Notes: generated from the sequence alone by a model not told the origin. A stretch of 64,000 nt of DNA from Leucoraja ocellata (GCA_036785375.1 JAWMAR010000026.1:12152001-12216000); one strand, 5' to 3'. Counted from the stretch's first letter, positions 36,529-48,584 are shown. Made by a program: numbers and translations.

Positions 36529-38248
36529 CACAGCTTTAGCTTTAAAAAACCTTGAGATCATCTGATTAGTCCTCTTGCCTGTCAATCACCGTGATGAAGG
36601 TTACGCCCCTTCTGGGGAGGGGGGTGGCAGGACTATAAAACCCCGGATGACTGGACGTGAGTCAGTCATTCTGTAAGATCGTGAGGGACAGGCCAAGACT
36701 GTCATTCTAGGCTGTGAATCAACTGAACTGTGGGTCTACAATGTACTTGCAATAATTGATTTTTTAAGCCCTTAATGACAATGCCATGAGTTGTTTGGCC
36801 TGCTGCCCTGCCTGTGCTTGAAAGTGCAATACTTGATTGGAAATGAAATGAAATGAAATGACAATGCCACAAGTTGTTTGACCTGCTGCCCTGCCTGTGC
36901 TTGAAACTGCAATGCTTTATTAGGTCCGGCTGTGTTTGGAAGGAATAAATGCTTTATTAGGTCTGACTGTGTTTGGAAGGAATAAATGCTTTATCAGGTC
37001 TGACTGTGTTTAGTCCAAAAGTCGCACTGATTGTGTAATTTCTGGTGAGTGCAGAGGTTGCGCTGATTGCGTAATTTCCAGTAAGTGCAGAGGGCATACT
37101 GATTGCGGAAGTGCCACTGACTGCGGAAGCCCCACAGTGGAGAGGCTGCGCTCAGCTGTGTGAGTAGATTCAAGAATGTTTACTGTCATATATATATATA
37201 TATGGTATGTGTCTGTATGTGAGTATGTGTGTGAGTCTGTGAGTGTATGTTTGTGTGTGTATTTGTGTATGCACGTGTGTGTGTGTGTGTGTGTTAGTGT
37301 ATATGTGTGTGTGAGTCTGTGTGAGGGGGGGGGGAATTGGTGGAGAAATGGAATATTGTGTTGGGGGACCAGCCCTCCCATGTGATGCTGGGACCCAACG
37401 GGTCCCACTTAGTCTAGTATATTTTTTATTTTTCTAAAACTCCTAAGGGTTCTTCTTCATCCTACTTGACCCCTTTAGCTCTCCTCTTTCCATGTTTAAG
37501 TTCTTTCCTGCTAAACATCATCAGGGTGAACAACTGGGGTACTGGGAAGTGATGCAGTCTGGCATGAACCCCATGCTGATCCAGTCTTCCAATTTGACCA
37601 TTTATTTTATTTGATAATCATTCATTCAGGTCGGGTAGATGATGTTTAAGAACTGACAGTTGGAAAGGATCCTGAATGTATGATTTAAAGCTCCTGAGTT
37701 GATGTGTCTAGGATAATTAAACACCCCAACCAGCCTCACTGGATTTCAATAACCATCGATTATATTCTCAGGAAGTGCAGCTGGAATGGGTCCAATTGAG
37801 AATTCTTCTTGGAATGAACCAGTAGTTAGAAACCTCAGAGTTTTTAACTGAAGTGAGCATGGTCTGTGCATGACAGAGGTCTGAGCAGAGAATACCACAG
37901 CTCCCTATTGTCATTGACTTGTGCCTCCAGATACATTGCTTGAGGTAGGCTGGGAATGTGAGACAACTTCAAACATGGAGCCAGGGTCGTGTTGAATGAA
38001 GTCCCGTTTAACTCTGATGATCAGGCATCATGAAGGTGATCATGGTGATCAGAGTCGGGAGAGTGAGTTGGAATATGATGGGTTGTGCAGGCAAAGCACG
38101 GGGCCTGGAAAGTATCTGGGGGCAGGGTTGGGGTCTGCAACACCAGAGGGTCCACAATGTGGGCCCGATTAGTGGGCCAGAGACCTTGTGTACTGTATTT
38201 CTTACGCACTTTGTCCTTAGCGGGCTGACTGGAAAATCGATCATAAAC

Positions 38249-38563
38249 AGGGCGGCACAGTGGCGCAGCGGTAGAGTTGCTGCCTCATATTGCCAGAGAC
38301 CCGGTTTCAATCCTGACTGTGGGTGCTGCCTATATGGAGTTTGTACATTCTCCCTGTGACCTGCGAGAGTTTCCTCCGGGTGCTCCGGTTTCCTCCCACA
38401 CTCCAAAGATGTACAGATTTGTAGGCTAATCACTTTCGGCAATAGAAAATATGTAAATTGTCCCTAGTGTGTAGGATAGTGCTAGCCTACGGGATGATCA
38501 CTAGTTGGCATGGACTCGGTGGGCCGAATGGCCTGTTTCCATGCTGTAAATCTAAAGTCTAAA
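38249..38563 (+). mobile_element. V-SINE
   Basis: Full-length match; tail tctaaagtctaaa. Confidence 0.85.
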
Positions 38564-38769
38564 CCGTTTTGACGTAACAAAAATCAATTAAGATTGTGTG
38601 CATGTATTATTTGAAATAACATCCAGTTGTCTGGAAGATCTGGCACTTCACCACCACCAGAGACCCATGAGCCAGATCATCAGAGGGTTGAAATTTAGGG
38701 CTGAAGATAGAGCTTGGAAGCAAATTGTGAGAGGGGCATGGGAGAGGTGAGGTGAAATTTAGAAGCTTA

Positions 38770-39330
38770 CAGAGTTTAACGGTAGTGAAATGGATAACAA
38801 TGACTGGAGTGTGACGGGAAGGGAGTGTGTGCAAACATTGTGTTTCAGTGTCGTTTAAGAGGCTTTTAGATCGGCACATGAATATGTGAGCAGAAGAGAT
38901 TCATAACTTCATAAGTTATGGGAGCAGAATTAGGCCATTTGGCCCATCAAATCTACTCTGCAATTCAATCATAGCCGGTCTATCTTTCCCTCTCAATGCA
39001 TTCTCCAGCCTTCTCCCCATAACCCCTGACGTCCGTACTAGTTAAGAATCTATCAATCCCTGCTGTAAAAAATATCTATTGACATCCCCCACAGCCTTCA
39101 CAGAATCTGTGGAATCTTTGGCAATGAATTCCACAGATTCACCTCCCTCTGACTGTAGAAATTCCTCCTCATCTCCTTTCTAAAGGTATGTCTATTTATT
39201 AAGAGGTTATGGCCTCTGGTCCTAGATGTTTAAACTAAATAGTTTAATTTAGTATCATGTTCGTCAGAGACAGCATTGCTGAAGGGCCTGTTCCTGTGCT
39301 GAATTGTTCTATGTTTTATGTTCCATAAAG
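38770..39330. mobile_element. Nested CR1-like 3' ends (minus copy ~38900-39225 inside a plus copy)
   Basis: ggagcagaattaggccatttggccc (minus tail) interrupts gtgagcagaagagatt...agtttaatttagtatcatgttc. Confidence 0.65.
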
Positions 39331-39435
39331 GTTAACCTGCTAAACCTTTATGGAACATAAAATATAGAACAGTTGAGCGTAGGAAAGGGCCCTTCAGCAA
39401 TGCTGTCTCTACTGAACATTATGCTAAATTAAACT
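39241..39435. repeat. Fold-back inverted duplication (~92-nt arms, ~9-nt loop)
   Basis: agagacagcattgctgaagggcc...atgttccataaaggtt / aacctttatggaacat...ggcccttcagcaatgctgtctct. Confidence 0.85.
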
Positions 39436-39659
39436 CTAACTGTATTAAAGTCTAAATAGGAAAAAAGAGGTGAAATAGAACTAAAGAGGCTGCACAAAAG
39501 AATTATTTGGCGATTGACCTGATGGCAATTAGAGATGTGGGTACAAGATGTCTCGGGCTGGAACTCAATATTTCAAGGAACCCAACATTTCAGAGGGACA
39601 GGTAGGAAGGAGCTCTGTTAATAAAAATGCATGTTTCCACTCTGAAAATCTTAAGATTG

Positions 39660-39890
39660 TGATCATAAGATCATATCTGATAGGAGCAGAATTAGGCCAT
39701 CTGGCCCATCATGTCTACTCCACCATTCAATCATGGCTGATCTATCTCCTCTTCAACCCCATTCTCCTGCCTTCTCCCCATAACCTCTGACACATGTATA
39801 AATCAAGAATCTATCTATCTCTGCCTTAAATATATTCAGTGACGGCCTCCACAGCCTACTGTGGCAAAGAATTCCACAGATTCACCACCC
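39660..39890 (-). mobile_element. CR1-like 3' end
   Basis: ggagcagaattaggccat...gaattccacagattcaccaccctc. Confidence 0.8.
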
Positions 39891-39943
39891 TCATGACATT
39901 GACATCCTCAAGACTAAAAACAAGACATTAAGTGAGTTTGAAG

Positions 39944-40131
39944 GTACACAGAAATGCTGGAGAAACTCAGCGGGTGCAGCAGCATCTATGGAGCGAAGGA
40001 AATAGGCAACGTTTCGGCCGGAAACGTTGCCTATTTCCTTCGCTCCATAGATGCTGCTGCACCCGCTGAGTTTCTCCAGCTTTTTTGTGTACTTTCCATT
40101 TTCCAGCATCTGCAGTTCCTTCTTAAACACA
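39944..40131. mobile_element. Near-perfect PLE terminal palindrome (39944-40092) plus ~38-nt tail
   Basis: gtacacagaaatgctggagaaactc...caacgtttc-ggccg-gaaacgttg...gagtttctccagcttttttgtgtac. Confidence 0.9.
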
Positions 40132-40189
40132 TTAAATGAGCTTGTCTGGAGGAAAGGAACAGCAAGGGATGGAAGGTCAACGTCGGGGC

Positions 40190-40515
40190 TGCTAACAGGA
40201 GATAAGCTGTAGGACAGAACATATATCCAAAAATAATGGAAGACACGGTGATAATTGTGGGTGACTTTAATCTTCGTATAGATTAGATAAATCAAATTGT
40301 CAAAGATAGCCGTGAGGAGAAATTCAGAGTTGGTTTTGTGGCATCTTCTTGGAATACATACACAGTGGAAACATCCAAGGAACAGGCTCCTTTAAGATAA
40401 GGTCATGGGAAATTGGTCATTAAAGATCTCACAGTAAATGATCCTCTGGGGAAGAGTAATGATAACATGATAGAATTTCACATTCAGTTTGAGTGCGAAA
40501 ACCTTATGTCTGAAA
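40190..40515 (+). mobile_element. CR1-like AP-endonuclease remnant
   Basis: gtgggtgactttaat (VGDFN) and ctggggaagagtaatgataacatgatagaattt (LGKSxDNMIEF-like). Confidence 0.6.
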
Positions 40516-40694
40516 CTAGTGCCGTCATTAGCCAGCCAGAGTCACCGACTCGGCCCCAGAAATAACCCCCGGCCAAGATTTGGTTCAGTGTAACATTTTC
40601 TGTGCTTGCAATGAGTGTGGCAAGGGTGCTGCACCCGGGATGGAGGGTGTGGTGCTCGTGAGCAGCATGGTGCGGGGCCAAGAGAACGGGCTAA

Positions 40695-40970
40695 ACTGTG
40701 ACTGGGAGTGAGGCCAGGGACAGGGGGAGGAGAGTGAGCAGGAGTGACATGAGTAGGAGAGTGTCTGGGAGCAGGAGCAGGCACACGGGTAGGAAGAGAG
40801 TGACTGGGAGTGGGGGTAGGGCCAGGGGGAGGAGAGGAGTGACTGGAAGTGATGGCAGGGGCAGGGGTAGAAGAGCGAGCAGTAGGGCCAGGGACAGGAG
40901 GAGGAGGAGAGTGACTGGGAGTGAGGACAGTGACATGTAGGAGGAGAGTGACTGCGGGTGGGACTGAGTA
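40695..40970 (+). repeat. Degenerate purine-rich tandem repeat
   Basis: Recurrent gagagtgactgggagtg and gggccagggacagg units. Confidence 0.75.
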
Positions 40971-41113
40971 CACAGGTAGCTGTGGGTCTGGGAACAGGAT
41001 TATGGTGTGAGCTGGGAGTGGGGTCTGTAATGCAGACAGAACACGGTGGGAATGGAAAGGGCAGTGCCGATGGAATCTGACACTTGCAGTGCCTCACACA
41101 ATCAAACTGAAAA

Positions 41114-41266
41114 TAGATACAAAATGCTGGAGTAATATCTCTGCAGAGAAGGAATGGGTGACGTTTCAGGTCGAGACCCTTCTTCAGAAGTCTGTCCCAT
41201 CCCGCTGAGTTACGCCAGCGTTTTGTGTCTATCTTTGGTTTAAACCATCATTTGCAGTTCCTTCCA
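41114..41266. mobile_element. PLE terminal palindrome (deleted) with an intact minus-strand hammerhead core at 41187-41160
   Basis: CTGAAGAAGGGTCTCGACCTGAAACGTC on the minus strand. Confidence 0.75.
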
Positions 41267-41892
41267 ATCAAAATGGCAAGTTTCAAGCTGCAATTGTAGC
41301 AACTAACAATGCTGTGCTTTGTTCATGAAATCTGACAGAAACGTCCCAATTACAGTCATTTGCTTTTCCTTTTCGGGAGAAAGCGTTCCTGAAAATAACC
41401 TTGTATGTTGTCGTTTAATGTTTTGACATTTTATGAAATGAAATTTAATTGGACTGTGCCAAACAAAGAGCCCTGAAAGTCTTTATCTTCATCAACTTTC
41501 GACGGTAATGAAATAATTGATGCGCATGTTGATTTGCAAGTTCTCGTATCTGTTGTGCATGGCTCAGCTGGTCTGGAAATAGCGCTGAGAGTAAATCGTC
41601 CATGTTCACCAACATGCTTATCTATGCTCTTCTCATTTGCCTGTGTTTGGCCCATATACATCTGAACCGTTCCTATACATATACCTGACCAAATGCCTTT
41701 AAAAATTGTAATTGGACCCACCACAACTACTGCACGACTGCACCGGCAGCTCGGTTCATACACCCATCTCCTCTGCATGAAAAATATATCCCTATTAAAT
41801 CTATCCCCTTCCATCTTAATGTCTGCCCTCTAGTTTATACGGTCACCCCTCAATCTTCTTCACTTCAGGAAAAACAGTCCCAGCTTCTCCAG

Positions 41893-42570
41893 TGCAGGAA
41901 GGAACTGTAGATGCTGGTTTACACAAAAGATAGACACAAAATGCGAGAGTGACTCAGCGGGTCAGGCAGCATCTCTGGAGAAAAGGAATAGGTGATGTTT
42001 CAGGTCGAGGCCTTTCTTCAGACTGAGAATCAGGGGGGAGGAAAACTAGAGGTGTGAAAAGGTATAGAATAAATAAAAGACAGCACTGATGGCCAAAGAG
42101 CCCACAATGGTCCATTGTTGGCTGTGGAAGAGGTGATAGCGAAGGGATATGAACAGTGAAACTAGCAGGACAACTGGGGTGGTGGAGGGATGGAGCGAGA
42201 GGGAATATAAGGGTTACTTGAAATTAGAGGTCAATATTCGTGCTGCTGGGTTGTAAGCTGCCCAAGTGAAATATGATGTGCTGTTCCTCCACATTGCATG
42301 TGGCCTCACTCTGACAGTGGAGGAGGCCCAGGATCTCGATGGGAATGGGAATGGGAGTTAAAATGTTTGGGGAACGCGTAGGCCGAGGCGGATTGAGCAG
42401 AAGTATTCAGTGAAACGATCGCCGAGTCTGCGCTCAGTCTCGCTGATATATAGAAGTCCAAACCGAGAATAATAGATACAGTAGACGAGGTTGGAGGAGG
42501 TGCAAGTGAACCTCTGCCTCACCTGAAAGGACTGTCGGGGCCCCTAGTTTGAGTCGAGGGAGGAGGGAGT
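41893..42570 (-). mobile_element. Penelope-like element: GIY-YIG domain, 3' UTR and long pLTR
   Basis: Minus translation GPRQSFQVRQRFTCTSSNLVYCIYYSRFGLLYISETERRLGDRF (VY...YI motifs); hammerhead-like core ~42021-41994. Confidence 0.85.
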
Positions 42571-42799
42571 CGCTAAGATATGTGTGTTGTTCCATTTATT
42601 GGCCGCTGTAAATTTCCCCTGTTGTGTAGATGAGTGGGAGAATCTGGGGGGGGGGGGGGGGGGGGGGGGGAGTTGGTGAGAATGTGGGGGCGATCAAACA
42701 AAATGTTAACTGTGTAGCCTTAGAGCTAATGTGGGGTTGAGAGACAGTGTGGAGCTGATGGGCAAAAGGACTTGTTTCTGTGTTTTGTTTCTCTATAAG

Positions 42800-42930
42800 A
42801 CTGACACAGAGAAGTGGAGTAACGCAGCAGGTCCGGCAGCATCTCTGGAGAAAAGGAATAGGTGATGTTTCGCATGAAGGCACTTTTTCTGTCTTTGGTT
42901 TAAACCAGCAGCTGCAGTTCCATCCTACAC
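42800..42930. mobile_element. PLE terminal repeat remnant
   Basis: ggagtaacgcagc...ggcagcatctctggag plus tail ggtttaaaccagcagctgcagttc. Confidence 0.65.
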
Positions 42931-43996
42931 ACTTTGTCTGTCCATGACTGATTCTTGCTGGCACTGCCCTGGGCAGATTGGCTCACGACTTCAACAGCAG
43001 TAAAAGACAAGAGAATATCAGACATAATGATGGAAATGGGAGAGCATCACAAAGGCATAACAGTGGATCTTCTGTTAATTATAGTAAATTGACCTAATCT
43101 GCACATGAACATTAGGTTAATTAAGAAGTAATTTTGCATCCACCTCGACCCGTAAATCCAACCTTTATAATGTGTTGAGGGCATAATTATGCCTTTTGCA
43201 ATACCCTATTCGTAGATCATGCTAATGACTTCCTGCTCGCATCCGTTTTAATTAGAAATGTGTTTTCCCTTTTCAATCCAAATCTGTTTTTGCTAACCCA
43301 GGTGACTTGGCAGATCCATTATTGTACTAAACCTTGAGATATGTGGCATGCCGCAAAATGATTGTAAAAGTGACGGTTCTGTATGGAAGGGCTGAATTTA
43401 CTCAGAATGGACACAGACAAATGTAGAGACTATAAAAGTGGTTTAAGATGCGTGCATACAAATTCTCCCTTTTCATCGCAAGTACATTGTGATCACAGGA
43501 ACAGGGTGAGTGTTTAAACAGGATAACAGAAATGGCATTGACATTCTTAGACAATACACGTATAACGTGTTAGACTGAGAACACCAATTGACTCAGTACT
43601 GAGTTATACAAGTACAGGTGTACCTCCCTTAATGCTGCCCCCTATAGTGCTGCTTTGCTCCAGCACTCTTTCATTTTGCAGCATTATTTTTCCCATCTCG
43701 CCTTGGTTTTAATGATTGCTGGTGTGTTAATTTGCAACATGGGGGTGCTTTTGAATTTGCTTCCATGTCAGAGGGACCGTGGTCAGTCAGAGCCGCTGTG
43801 TCGGGTGTGCGGAGGTGTTAAAGGATCGCTGTGACAGGCTCCTTCTGCAGGGTGAGAAAGTGTGATTTTCCCCAGCCACTGGAGGAGTGCAAGCTGTTGG
43901 ATTTGCCGGCTTGTGTGGGGCTGGTGGAGTCTGAGAAAGGGTGATTCAATGATTCAATGATACTTTATTGTCACATGAACCGAGGTACAGTGAAAC

Positions 43997-44705
43997 AAGT
44001 GGCAGAAATCACTATCAAAACATGGGGGGGGGGGGGGGGGGGGACACACAATTTATTGGCGCCCGCACACGCATGCGCACACACGCGAGGCTTCGGCCGT
44101 GGGCCCTGTGGACGATAAGATCGGGAACTGTCCTGGTTGGTACCGACTCGGAACTCCAGCAACAGAAGCTTCGTCCACCCGGAATCGTGGGGCTTCACTC
44201 GGCCCGTTCACGGGGTTTCATCACCCGGCGCGGCTTAAAACTGACCGTGGAATCTTCCATCGCCCGGCGGGGGCTTCAACATCGGGAACCTCTATCGTCT
44301 CGACGCAGTAATTTGACTGCGGGGTGATGGAAGATCCCACGGCCGATTTTAAACCACGCCGGGCCCGGGCGATGAAAGACTCCGTGAACAGTCCAATTCA
44401 AGCTCCGCTCTATGATCTTTGCTCCACCAGGACTTCTCCCTCCTCCAATCATCGCGCTGAATCGTCATGGCACGCCCACCACCCCCCCACTGCCTGCTGA
44501 CCGACGTCTCTCTCATCCAATCGGCGCCCTGGATCATCAGTCCCACCCCCACTGTCTCGTGGAATGCGGGGATTTTTAATAGATTTTTCACCGAATTTCA
44601 AAATCCGGATTACAAATCATGGGGGGGATTGTCCCCCCACCTCTCAAAACATGGAGGGGACGTCCCCCCCCGTCCCCCCCGTCCCCCCCGGGATTCCCGC
44701 CCATG
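43997..44705. mobile_element. hAT-like non-autonomous DNA transposon inserted into a LINE-tailed element (43950-45200, minus)
   Basis: Flanked by agtgaaac (43989-43996) and agtgaaat (44706-44713), an 8-bp TSD with 1 mismatch. Right end GGGATTCCCGCCCATG. tcaaaacatgg motif near both ends. CpG-rich. Confidence 0.6.
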
Positions 44706-46287
44706 AGTGAAATGCTCTGTTTTGCATACAACCTGGTAAAATCATCCAGCAGACCTCACCTAGGCAGTATCCAGGAGTCATCACAAAATTACAAAAAGTC
44801 AATCGAACAGTTTTATCTTCTGCCTGCAGTGGTGAACCGGGCCTGTCACCACACGTGGCAGCAGGTGCCCACACCCGTCGGGTCCCCCCTTTGTTCCGTG
44901 CCAGGCGGCTCTCAGCGACGCATGTCCCCCCACATCGTTCCTGATGGCCCACCTCACTCGCGGGTCCCTCCTCGCTCTCAGCAACACATGTGCCCCACCT
45001 CGCTCCTGACAGTCCACCTCACTCTCAGGGCCCTCTCTCGCTCTCAGCGCACGGGTCCCATCGACAGCGGTGGCTCGGGGCCGAGTCCAGAGTGGGTGGT
45101 AGGTGAGGCCCGGCCTACCGGCGGGTCCTCGATCATCGGTCCACGTCGGGTGCGAATGGCCCATTTCCCCACTAAGATTCCGGTGAGTTAGGTTCATGCT
45201 TCACCGGTTAGTGCTTTGTCCCAAGTTAGGTCTATTACTGGGCACAGGCGGGATATGGTACAGAGCACCCCTGGGTTAGGGTCTGTCTTTTCCCAGGATA
45301 CAAGGATGCTGGAATCTTGCTTAGATTACAAAGTGTTGGAGTAAACTCAGTGGTCTGGCAGCATCTCTGGAGGGATTTGTTGGTGTTGAGCAGGGGAATC
45401 ACAACTCCAGTCGGGGAATCAGGGAATCCGATCAGTTCAATTCTCTTTTTATACTGAAGCCGAAAATGGAATAAGTGAGTCAAAAATAATCAGGATTGCA
45501 TCTCCATTGATGCTACGTTATAATGGCCTCTATTAGCACTGTTTCTCTTGGCCCCCCATTTTCTGGTATCTAAAGTGTTAAACGAGGCATGATGGGACCA
45601 GGAGCGACAAACTCCAAGCTTGTCATGAAACTAAGTTATGGTAGATTGCAATTGGAGCAGGAGCAGGATAGAGGTAGGGAGGAGGGGGGGGGGGGGGGGA
45701 TAGGAGAAATAAGGTGGAGATGGAATGTAAATCCAGATGTTTTGCCCCACATGTATCTTGGTCCAAAACAACGATGTGCCAATTGAGTTAACGGTGGCAT
45801 AACCGTGTCAACGGGGACTTCACAGACATGCGTGAGAGAGAATAATTTGTAGGGAAACAGGGAAATGGGAGAGTGCGTATGGGGCTAAGTTAGTTCTTGG
45901 GAAGCGATACGGACCCAATCGTCTCCTTCTCTATCATTTTCAATACAAAATGACAAAATGAGTGGGAGCAGCCACCCGGCCCGTCAAGCCTTCCCTCCCA
46001 TTCCATTTGGTCACTGCTGATTCTCTATCTCAACACCATTTCCTTCTCCTCTCTCTCTTCCCATACGCGTGACACATTTTGTGCCTGAAGTCAAAGTGTC
46101 ATTCTTTTGAACCCCACATGTACAAGACCTTTCAAACCCTGGTAACGCTTCAAATTCTTAAAAATCCAGCTCTGACTTCAAACGGAAATATCAAAACAAC
46201 TTAAATGTAAGATCATGGGATAAAAAGAGGACAGTAAAAAAAATATATATAATCTTTACTGATTGAAATCTGCCAAAAATACTGGAT

Positions 46288-46598
46288 GTTTAGTTTAGTT
46301 TAGGGATACAGCATGGAGACAGGCCCTGTGGCCCACCAAGTCCATGCCGACCACCGTTCACACTAATTCTATGTTATCCCACTTTCTCATCCATTTTCTA
46401 TATACACTAGGGGTATTTTTCACTGAGGTTAATTAGCCCATAAACGCGCTTGTCTTTGGGATGTGGGAGGAAACCATTGCACCTGGAGTAAATCCACGCG
46501 GTCACAGGGAGAACTGACATCACCCAAGGTCGGGATCGAACCCAGGTCTCTGACGCTGTGAGGCAGTAGCTCTACCAGCTGCGTCACATTGCCGCCCC
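46288..46598 (-). mobile_element. V-SINE
   Basis: (TTTAG)3 tail; head ends ...gctgcgtcacattgccgcccc. Confidence 0.8.
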
Positions 46599-48584
46599 TG
46601 GATGAAAAAAATGTTTTTTTTTATCATTTGCTGTGTTATTATTAACCTTGTGACATTATGTAGAATAATATTACCATGAGGGTTAACATTATAATACCTA
46701 TAATATGATTGAAAAAAAGCTAATCCCCATTAATTGTGCAATTCTAAAAATAATCTGGAATTAACCCTGGTGTTAATCACACTAAGACAATGGTGGAATA
46801 CTAATATTTTGTAAATATTGAAAACAAATCTTTATCCTTAAAACTGGGCTGAAAGAATAGTTGAAGCCTGCTCAATAAATCAGAGGTACTTTCAGCATGT
46901 TCTGTCGTTTTCAGAGAAAGTATTTCCCAGCCTGGAGCGCTTCCTGTTACAATTCACCTTGATGCAAAATTAATTTCCCCATTACTGACAGACTGATGAA
47001 AATGGATCAAAAGACATCATCATTGCTCACTCGTGGAAAAATAATGAGCTCATCAGGGGTAAGTTTGGAGCCAAAGATGAATTGATGAGACTCTGTGGGG
47101 GGCATTGTATCTTCACCAACCCCACACTGAAACTGACCTTTAGCAGACCACCTGCACTTGCAAAGAACGCAGCATCTCTGCAGTAAGTCAGTTTCAGTTT
47201 AGTTAATTGTCACGTGTACTGAGGTACAGTGAAAAGCTTCAGTTGCCTACAATCTCTGGCTCTGATGATCACTGTGCCTGTGATAAGGACTTGTTATGAA
47301 TCCAAATTAACCAGCACTGCACTGTTTAACCTCCCGATTAGCCCCTGCAACGCCCTTGCCTCCGCCCCAGGCAACACAGAATGAAATGGCAAATTTGCAG
47401 ATGACACAAAGCTGGGTGGCAGTGTGAACTGTGATGAGGATGCCATGAGGTTTGTAGTCTAATTGGCTGTAAATTGTCCTTGGTGTGTAGGATACAGCTA
47501 GTGTACAGGTGATTACTGGTCAGGGTGGACTTGAAGGGCCTGTTTCAACGCTGTATCACTAAACTAAACTAAACTAAACTAAACTAAGCTAAACGAGAAG
47601 GCAGTGGGCCAGGTGCTGGAAGAAGGTGTTAATATGAATGGGTACCCACTGGTTGATGTAGACGTAATGGGCCGAATGGCCTGTTTCCCTGCTGCATGAT
47701 TCTAGCTGAGGGGTAAGAGTCTGACCTCAAGCAGCTATGTGTGACCATCCTCCCCCCCCCCCCCCCCCCCCCCCAGCCCCCTCCCCATCCACCAACATTC
47801 ACCAATGACTATGGAAAGCAAGGCATTAAAAAAAATGGGAAGACCCCAAGGTTTATTGGGTGAGGGAGAGGGTGCTCTGGATGGGGAGTTTCTTTTGTAG
47901 AAACAAAGAAGCATTCTTTATATCCCACACCAATCTTCTTCACTCAAATATGTGCAAAAAAACCCGAAAAGGTAGAGGGTTATGTGATCCTTCATTGGAG
48001 CTGGCACAGTGGACAAGTGGTGATGGCAATGAGCTGGAGTATTTGCATTGGAAAATAGTATTTCTCTTTTTTAATACCTGGCTCCGTAATACATTCTACT
48101 CAATGTCGTCCATTTAATAAAAAACTAATTACTGTTCTTTCGGGCAAGACTGACATATTGATCTCGTGATTATTTGAGCTGAAGTTGGGTTCGGAATGAT
48201 ATTATAATGAATCGCATTCCGAGCCCTTGCCTGCGAACTGCAATGCTCACCATTAAAGCGAAATCCCCCCGGCCGGCTGCAATGAGTTGTCATCCCACCA
48301 GGCTGCTCAGTGACACCGTCCAGCCTCCTGTAATAAATCATCGGCAAGTATTCACACTGTGACAGGAGGACAGCACAGGGGTCGGGAAATCATCAAATTG
48401 CGCTGTGCTTCTGAGCGGAGCTTGTCACAGTATTGTCTAACTTACTTAACAGGGGTAGAGACACCATGGAGGTTACATTCCCCAATCAGCCACCAATGTC
48501 TCACCACATTAACAAGGCGTGCAGACAAGTACTTGAATCTCCAAAAATTTGACGGCTATGAACCACATGCCGGTAAATAAGATG

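Larger units (their letters stand above)
35124..37417 (+). mobile_element. Non-autonomous Helitron-like element with an internal inverted copy of its 3' end
   Basis: 5' TCTATACCTATAAAAG then (GT)n. 3' hairpin GGGACCC-AAC-GGGTCCC (37390-37406) then CTAG|T (37414-37418). Inverted ~85-nt copy at 35972-36056. Confidence 0.6.

Noticed and set aside
40542-41097. Mucin-like Pro/Ser/Thr-rich ORFs
   Set aside because: Products of a purine-rich tandem repeat open in several frames.
44619-45197. 190-aa and 132-aa ORFs
   Set aside because: They span a MITE end and a GC-rich retroelement body; no protein family signal.
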